NCBI GenBank assembly: GCA_963704705.1
Contig: OY969931.1
Span: forward strand, 60,001 to 92,000
Origin: an uncultured bacterium
GTDB lineage: Bacteria; Patescibacteriota; Gracilibacteria; UBA1369; PNNO01
Direction of reading: 5' to 3'
Length of the DNA: 32,000 bases
Positions 26,181 to 32,000 of this stretch are shown here, piece by piece. Numbering within the stretch: the stretch's first letter is position 1; every line of letters starts with the position of its first letter. A program made the translations under genes and the position numbers. The notes beneath the pieces were generated by a model that worked only from the letters and a program-made list of their open reading frames with translations, searched no databases and was not told where the DNA came from.

Positions 26181-27851
26181 TCTCTGAACCAAAGTAATCT
26201 CTTTCGGCTCTGGCTCTATTGAATTTCCGTGTAGGTCTGAGCCGTTTTTTATTGTGAGTTTGTAGAATTCTTCGGGTTGCAAAGTCATACCTTCAGTTTC
26301 GATTGTAAGATCGCGAAAATTAACCTGTGCATTTTTTATTTTAATTGTGTCATGATGTTCTTTATCTTTTTCATCCATGTCTTCGATCATTAAATTCAAG
26401 CTGTCTGCGATTTTTGGGTCGATTCTTTCATTAAACACAACCATTATTTTGTTGAGGTCTGTGATTTCGGAATAGGCTATCCGTGGGCCGATACGGTCAG
26501 GCAAAGCACGTAAATCCAAAGAAACATCCCGAACTAAACCACCTTCCCATATCCCGAAATTTTCACGGCTTTCAAAATCATCAGAATAAATAATCATGCC
26601 TTGCGGGCCTTCAACAATTATCGAGTAATTATCAGAATCAGTTCCTGCCTGTTTTGGAATATCAATGTGATATCGATCGTTTTTAAAAATAGAAGAAGGA
26701 ATTTCATAGTTAAATTCAAAGCTTTTTCGGTCACCCGGATTTAACTTAACGATTTTTCCAAAAACCGTATAGTCAGAAAGATTTTCAACATGGATATCCG
26801 GATCCGGATTTTTAAGTGTTGCGCCTTTTGGTGCATATACACGTAAATATCCGCTATATGCTCCGCTAATTGGCACATTGTAGTCGCCAAAGTGTTCCAT
26901 TGTTACAGTTGTTTTTGCTGTCAAAGTATAGTTATCCTGGCTGTTTTCAAAAATTTCCAGACGATAATCCACATCACGACTTATGTATCTGTCGGATTTC
27001 ATTCCAGCCAGATTTGATTCAACAACCGCAAGAAAATCACCGGTTGTTTTTGGCCATGTACCGCTCCATCCTTTTTCACGAATCGCATTTTGAAGTGATG
27101 TATTGAAAAAGTGGAACTGAATTTGCTTTTCGTTTAAGTTGCGCACGATCATATCACTGATTTCACGCCATTTTAAAGGCGAAAACAAACTTTTTTTAAT
27201 CAGTTCTTTTGCAAGTGGTCCAAGAATATTTTTACGTTCGCTTACCTGTTCAACATTATGATAATCAATATTATGCAGACTGTATTCCAAAAGTTCAAAA
27301 ACATTTCCCGAAGTGAATTCATAATCCCAAACCTTAACTTTGCCTAAAATTTCCAGCAAATCCTGAAGATTTTTTAAATTTATTGCAATAACTCCGTCAA
27401 AGTTAGTGTCACTATCAGTCAAACGATATAAGCGCATAAGCTCGCTTACACTCTGCGGAAAATCAGGGTACCAATTGGCATCCCTAAAAGTATAACCCTG
27501 GTAAAATTGGCCGTCCAAAAGCTCTTTTTGAGGATATGGCGGATCAATATATTCATGGTCGGCAATATCACCAAACACATCTTTTACTTCAATTCCATTA
27601 AAGAATCCATTTTTAAATTTTGCGATTCCGTAAGCAGAAATAAAGCCTCCTGTAGGCCTGAGCTCATTATCATTCTGAAACAAAACCAAGTAATTTTTTT
27701 CACTAAATGGGCCGCCCGCTATATCAAAATATCTTGGCATAAAAAACCGCAAACCGCTTAGGGAAGACAAAATATATAAAAAGAAAAACAACACTACAAA
27801 TAAAGCGATATATAGGTAAAGCCTGAATTTCCTTTTTCCGATTTTACTCAT
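26169..27851 (-). CDS. DUF4012 domain-containing membrane protein with C-terminal beta-sandwich-like domain
   Basis: 560 aa; 'NYLVLFQNDNELRPTGGFISAYGIAKFKNG', 'NWYPDFPQSVSELMRLYRL', 'DGVIAINLKNLQDLLEILG'. Its stop codon lies inside the terminal array unit. Confidence 0.85.
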   Translation of the reverse strand: MSKIGKRKFRLYLYIALFVVLFFFLYILSSLSGLRFFMPRYFDIAGGPFSEKNYLVLFQNDNELRPTGGFISAYGIAKFKNGFFNGIEVKDVFGDIADHEYIDPPYPQKELLDGQFYQGYTFRDANWYPDFPQSVSELMRLYRLTDSDTNFDGVIAINLKNLQDLLEILGKVKVWDYEFTSGNVFELLEYSLHNIDYHNVEQVSERKNILGPLAKELIKKSLFSPLKWREISDMIVRNLNEKQIQFHFFNTSLQNAIREKGWSGTWPKTTGDFLAVVESNLAGMKSDRYISRDVDYRLEIFENSQDNYTLTAKTTVTMEHFGDYNVPISGAYSGYLRVYAPKGATLKNPDPDIHVENLSDYTVFGKIVKLNPGDRKSFEFNYEIPSSIFKNDRYHIDIPKQAGTDSDNYSIIVEGPQGMIIYSDDFESRENFGIWEGGLVRDVSLDLRALPDRIGPRIAYSEITDLNKIMVVFNERIDPKIADSLNLMIEDMDEKDKEHHDTIKIKNAQVNFRDLTIETEGMTLQPEEFYKLTIKNGSDLHGNSIEPEPKEITLVQRITK

Positions 27852-29361
27852 TTGGTCTAAGTAGCGGGAATAATACCACGTCTTTTAAGTTTTCCTGTTG
27901 GGTAAGCAAAGCAACTATTCTGTCGATTCCCATGCCCCATCCTGCCATTGGCGGGAACCCGTGTTCCATTGCCAGAACAAATTCATCGTCTTTGCTGTGC
28001 GCTTCTTCATCACCTTTCGCTTTTGCTTCAGATTGCGATTTAAAGGCTTCTGCCTGCTGCAAAGGGTTTATTAACTCTGAATAGGCATTTACAATTTCCC
28101 ATCCGTTCACTACCAATTGGAATCTGTCAGTTATTTTTGGATTATCATCGTTTCGGCGTGCAAGCGGTGAAAGCTCGGTTGGATGATTCATCAAAAAGAC
28201 CGGGTCAACAAGCTTTGGCCTTGAGACCTTTTTGTACAAATGATCAATCAGATTACCCAAACCTAATTTGTCAGCATCTTCGATCTCAATATTTTTGGCT
28301 TTAATTTCAGCTAAAAGGCCTTTCGCGTCATCATATTTGTTTATATCAATTCCACAGTCTTTTTTAATAAGATCATGCATTGTGTGGCGAGGCCACGGTG
28401 TTTTAAAATTAACTTTTCTTAAATTACCTTCTCTGTCTTTGATCTCAACTTCCAGGCTGCCAATTGTTTCTTTTAGTAAATATTCAAACATTTCTTCTGT
28501 GAATTTCATAAGATCTTCATAGTTCCAGTAAGCATGATAGAACTCATTCATAGTAAATTCCTGCAAATGAGACGGATCCATTCCTTCATTTCTGAAAACT
28601 CTTCCCAATTCAAATGTTTTTTCGTAGCCACTGGCAATAAGCTCTTTTTGATATGTTTCTCCGCCTGCAATTCTTAAATAAAAATCGTGATCTAAAGCAT
28701 CGTGATGCGTTACAAACGGCTTAGCCAAGGCACCTGAGGCTGAAGACGCCAAAATAGGAGTTTCAACTTCCATAAATCCATGCTCATGATAAAAATCTCG
28801 AAGTTTTTTAATAAATTCAGATCTAAATTCAAACCTTTTTTTGGTATCAGGATTCATAATAATATCCAGATACCTTTGCCTGTATAAAGTTTCCTGATCT
28901 TTAAGCCCGTGAAATTTTTCAGGTAGAGGCCGTAAAGCTTTTGACAATAATTCATAAGCTGTAACCATTAGCGTAATTTCGCCGTGCTTTGTTTTAAAAA
29001 GTTCACCTTCACAACCAATAAAATCAGCAACATCGATTTTTTTCAAAAATTTATATAAATCATTCCCTATAACATCCTGCATAAAACAAATTTGAATTCT
29101 TCCGGAACTATCCTGCAGTTGTCCAAAGCTTATTTTCCCGTGTGACCTAAATGACATGAGCCTGCCACAAAGTTTAATTTCGCTCTTTGGTTTCGCCATA
29201 ATTTCTTCGGTTTCCCTTGTGCCTTTTTTTTCTCCCATTTCCTTTGCTTCAAGGCATTTGTGAGTTCTTTCACATCTGTCTTTATAAGGGATTTTGCCTG
29301 ATTCTTTTAAATCATTTAATTTTTGTAAACGATCTTTATATTCGGTTGATGTTTCAGTCAT
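27844..29361 (-). CDS. lysS: Lysyl-tRNA synthetase (class II)
   Basis: 505 aa; 'GRLMSFRSHGKISFGQLQDSSGRIQI', 'RFEFRSEFIKKLRDFYHEHGFMEVETPIL', 'FELGRVFRNEGMDPSHLQEFTMNEFY', 'PPMAGWGMGIDRIVALLT'. Confidence 0.95.
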   Translation of the reverse strand: MTETSTEYKDRLQKLNDLKESGKIPYKDRCERTHKCLEAKEMGEKKGTRETEEIMAKPKSEIKLCGRLMSFRSHGKISFGQLQDSSGRIQICFMQDVIGNDLYKFLKKIDVADFIGCEGELFKTKHGEITLMVTAYELLSKALRPLPEKFHGLKDQETLYRQRYLDIIMNPDTKKRFEFRSEFIKKLRDFYHEHGFMEVETPILASSASGALAKPFVTHHDALDHDFYLRIAGGETYQKELIASGYEKTFELGRVFRNEGMDPSHLQEFTMNEFYHAYWNYEDLMKFTEEMFEYLLKETIGSLEVEIKDREGNLRKVNFKTPWPRHTMHDLIKKDCGIDINKYDDAKGLLAEIKAKNIEIEDADKLGLGNLIDHLYKKVSRPKLVDPVFLMNHPTELSPLARRNDDNPKITDRFQLVVNGWEIVNAYSELINPLQQAEAFKSQSEAKAKGDEEAHSKDDEFVLAMEHGFPPMAGWGMGIDRIVALLTQQENLKDVVLFPLLRPNE

Positions 29362-29500
29362 TTTAATAAGTTACTTTCGCGAAATACTATACACAAAATC
29401 CGATTGACTTTCTATATATCTTTTTAAAGAGTAAATATGTTGACAAACCTTAATAAAATCTTTAAACAGAAAGTGGCTTTTTACTTTTAAAATTTTTTAT

Positions 29501-29824
29501 ATGACCGATTTAAACAATGTTTTAGTTCCATTAGTGTTAATAAATCCAACTCCTGAACAAAAACAATACGATGATCTTGAGATCAAATTCCCGTATTCAG
29601 AGGGCATTGCATCACAAGTTTTATGTGTTTTATGCGGATCAGGTATACCAAATGAAAGCGCTGAAATAAATATAAAGAATAATATGGTAACCGTAAGAGG
29701 TTTAAACAGAGAACCTGCATCTTTGGTTCATGCTGTAAAAGCTTCTGCGCTTTCAGTATTTGGCGAAGAATCTGATATACCAGACAAACTAATCTTTAGA
29801 AGAATCCCTAAAAATAAGCTTTAA
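29501..29824 (+). CDS. Hypothetical protein
   Basis: 107 aa ORF overlapping convergently with dnaB by 4 nt; no recognised family. Confidence 0.55.
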   Translation: MTDLNNVLVPLVLINPTPEQKQYDDLEIKFPYSEGIASQVLCVLCGSGIPNESAEINIKNNMVTVRGLNREPASLVHAVKASALSVFGEESDIPDKLIFRRIPKNKL

Positions 29825-31191
29825 TTAGCTATGGCATAATCTTCAGCTTTACGCTGCTTATCTATACTTATGAATTTCATTTGTTCTTTTTTGAATCCAA
29901 GTTCAATGTGGCCGGTTGGACCGTTTCTGTGTTTTCTTATATAAATATCGGTTATTCCTGCGCGGTCTGAATCTTCTTCATAGTAATCTTCACGGTAAAG
30001 CATCATAACAACGTCAGCATCCTGCTCAATTGCACCTGATTCCCTTAAATCTGAAAGTTGAGGGATTTTGCTTGGCCTTAACTCAACTGCACGCGAGAGC
30101 TGCGATAACGCTATAACAGGCAAGTGTAATTCACGGGCAAGGCTCTTTAATGCGCGTGAAATTTCTGAAATTTCCTGAACTCTGTTTGTTTGTCCAAAGT
30201 TGGCTTTTCCTGCGCTCATAAGCTGCAAATAATCCACAATAAGAAGATCAAGACCGTGTTCCATTTGAAGTCTGCGTGCTTTTGCTCTAAGCTCAGCGAT
30301 TGATCCGCCAACGGAATCATCTATAAATAATTTCATAGAATTTAGTTCGTCCATAATTCCACCGATTTTTGCAAAGTCTTCATCAGTTAATTTTCCGGTT
30401 CGCATTTTCCAAGAATCAACTCCCAAAAGCGAACAGAACATTCTTTCAACCAGTTGTTCTTTGGACATCTCCAGCGAAATTATACCAACCGATTTTTGGT
30501 TTTTAGCTATATTTTCAGCTATATTAAGCGCAAAAGCGGTTTTACCCATTGAAGGGCGGGCAGCGATAATTACAAGATCAGCTGGCTGCAAACCACTTAA
30601 AATATTATCGAGGTCGCGATATCCGGTTGGAATTCCGCGGTATTTATCTTTGCTTTCAGGGTCGTGAAGGTCAGCAAGTTTTTCGTATGTCTGGCTTAAA
30701 ATTTCTTTTACATGAACAAATCGGTCTTTAATAAAAGTCTGTGAAACATTGAATAATGATTTTTCAGCTTCTTCTAACAAATTTTCGATTTCTTCTGTTT
30801 CGTTAAATCCAAGGCCTTTAATTGTATCGCCGGCTTTAAGCAGTTTCCTTAAAATAGATTTTTGTTTAACGATTGTTGCGTATTGGAAAATATGGCTTGC
30901 AGTAGGCACTTCTGTTGTTAGCTCCGCGATATAAGAAGCTCCGCCCACCTGCTCAAGCTCTTTTTTATCTTCAAGGTGCGAAGTAACTGTTAGCACATCA
31001 ATAGGATTTCGTTTTTCAAAAACTTCCATGATCGTCCTATAAATCATTTCATGCTTTTCATGGTAAAAATCTTCCGGCGCAATTATGTCAGCGATTTTAA
31101 TAATTGCGTCTTTGTCGATTAAAAGCGATCCGAGGGTTGACCTTTCGGCCTCCAGACTGTGTGGGGGTACTTTTGAGATATCCTGATTCAT
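29821..31191 (-). CDS. dnaB: Replicative DNA helicase
   Basis: 456 aa; 'VPPHSLEAERSTLGSLLIDKDA', 'LVIIAARPSMGKTAFALNIAEN', 'GLDLLIVDYLQLM', 'SRALKSLARELHLPVIALSQLSRAVE', 'DLRESGAIEQDADVVMMLYR'. Confidence 0.97.
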   Translation of the reverse strand: MNQDISKVPPHSLEAERSTLGSLLIDKDAIIKIADIIAPEDFYHEKHEMIYRTIMEVFEKRNPIDVLTVTSHLEDKKELEQVGGASYIAELTTEVPTASHIFQYATIVKQKSILRKLLKAGDTIKGLGFNETEEIENLLEEAEKSLFNVSQTFIKDRFVHVKEILSQTYEKLADLHDPESKDKYRGIPTGYRDLDNILSGLQPADLVIIAARPSMGKTAFALNIAENIAKNQKSVGIISLEMSKEQLVERMFCSLLGVDSWKMRTGKLTDEDFAKIGGIMDELNSMKLFIDDSVGGSIAELRAKARRLQMEHGLDLLIVDYLQLMSAGKANFGQTNRVQEISEISRALKSLARELHLPVIALSQLSRAVELRPSKIPQLSDLRESGAIEQDADVVMMLYREDYYEEDSDRAGITDIYIRKHRNGPTGHIELGFKKEQMKFISIDKQRKAEDYAIAN

Positions 31192-31297
31192 GTCCTTATT
31201 AATTAAGGGCTTTCAATATACTTAAAGTTATGAAAAATTTCAAAATTTTTTATGTTTTTTTAATACTTTTTTAATGATTGTTTGTTAGATTTGCTTT

Positions 31298-31657
31298 ATG
31301 AAGAATATGCAGACTGGCAAAAAAGGGGAACAGCATGCGGCTTTTTATTTAAGATCGTGTGGTTATGAAATATTAACAACAAATTATAAAGTGCTTGGCG
31401 GCGAGATTGATATTATTGCGCGGTATAATTTGGAACTTGTTTTTATCGAGGTAAAAACAAGACACGGCAGAAGTTTTGGGTTGCCTGAAGAAGCCCTGAC
31501 TTATCACAAAAAGAAGAATTTAAAATATGCCATCATTAAATTTATGCATGAGAATTATCATCGCGGCCCTTTTAGATTTGATATGATTGCGATTGAGTTA
31601 AGCGATATTGATGAACTTTTACATTTAAGGCATTATAAGAATGTTCAATTAATCTAA
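31298..31657 (+). CDS. UPF0102 (YraN) family endonuclease-like protein
   Basis: 119 aa; 'GKKGEQHAAFYLRSCGYEILTTNYKVLGGEIDIIARYNLELVFIEVKTRHGRSFGLPEEAL'. Confidence 0.93.
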   Translation: MKNMQTGKKGEQHAAFYLRSCGYEILTTNYKVLGGEIDIIARYNLELVFIEVKTRHGRSFGLPEEALTYHKKKNLKYAIIKFMHENYHRGPFRFDMIAIELSDIDELLHLRHYKNVQLI

Positions 31658-31662
31658 AAAAT

Positions 31663-32000
31663 ATGCATGACCAGGATAAAGAGCGATTCCTCGCCATAGT
31701 AGTGATTGTTGTTATTATTCTAGGTGCGCTTGGATACTTTTTATGGAATTTTGCTTTAAATAAAGGAACCATTACATTTAACGGCAAACCGCCATATATT
31801 ATTACGGTTGATGAAAAAGAATATAATTGCGATATCGAAAGTTGTGAACTTGTTATTCAAGAGGGAACTCATACATATAAAATTACAAAACAAGGTTACA
31901 ATTCTTTAAGCGGTTCAATCACAATTGCGCGCAGCCAGCAGTTAACAATTAATGCTGAACTTACCTATATTCCAATACTGTCACAGCCGCAAACATATAC
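31663..32000 (+). CDS. Membrane protein with PEGA-like domain (3' truncated by window end)
   Basis: Open frame from ATG 31663: 'MHDQDKERFLAIVVIVVIILGALGYFLWNF...ITFNGKPPYIITVDEKEYNCDIESCELVIQEGTHTYKITKQGYNSLSGSITIARSQQLTINAEL...', PEGA-like pattern. No stop before the window end. Confidence 0.7.
   Translation, partial: MHDQDKERFLAIVVIVVIILGALGYFLWNFALNKGTITFNGKPPYIITVDEKEYNCDIESCELVIQEGTHTYKITKQGYNSLSGSITIARSQQLTINAELTYIPILSQPQTY

Noticed and set aside
25915-26187. ORF encoding (RNHRVI)n on the + strand
   Set aside because: The 18-bp period is divisible by 3, so an open frame is a by-product of the repeat. It starts at a TTG inside the transposase gene and has no independent support.

Overview
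This 32 kb window looks like a chromosomal segment from a small-genome bacterium, possibly a CPR/Patescibacteria-type lineage; that placement is inferred only from gene content such as DUF4012, DUF881 and a PEGA-like protein. Most of it is ordinary housekeeping DNA: carB, a Na/Pi-cotransporter-family protein, a VOC protein, tRNA-Ser(GCU), a class I/II aminotransferase, an HMCES/YedK-family protein, a UDP-glucuronate decarboxylase-like SDR, ybeY, a SpoU methyltransferase, murI, guaA, lysS, dnaB and a YraN-family protein. Two regions stand out. (1) Positions 1-5250 hold an Rhs/YD-repeat polymorphic toxin locus. The main Rhs protein ends in a tail with an ADP-ribosyltransferase-like R / STT / E motif pattern and is followed by a candidate immunity gene. 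Next comes a second, truncated Rhs tip that re-uses a ~374-bp near-identical copy of the RHS-core end, carries a different C-terminus, and has its own candidate immunity gene. (2) Positions 25406-26180 hold a Y1/HUH REP-associated-type transposase. It is preceded by a shared 18-nt sequence and a 13-bp perfect hairpin, and is followed directly by an array of thirteen 18-bp partly palindromic repeats plus a partial one. The outermost repeats carry a distinct loop (TTA instead of CGA), and repeat-derived sequence supplies or abuts the stop codons of three genes. Other points of interest are a PAP2 phosphatase fused to a CTP-dependent lipid-kinase-like domain, a divergent ClpP/crotonase-like protein, and a membrane-anchored HTH protein convergent with a DUF881 pair.
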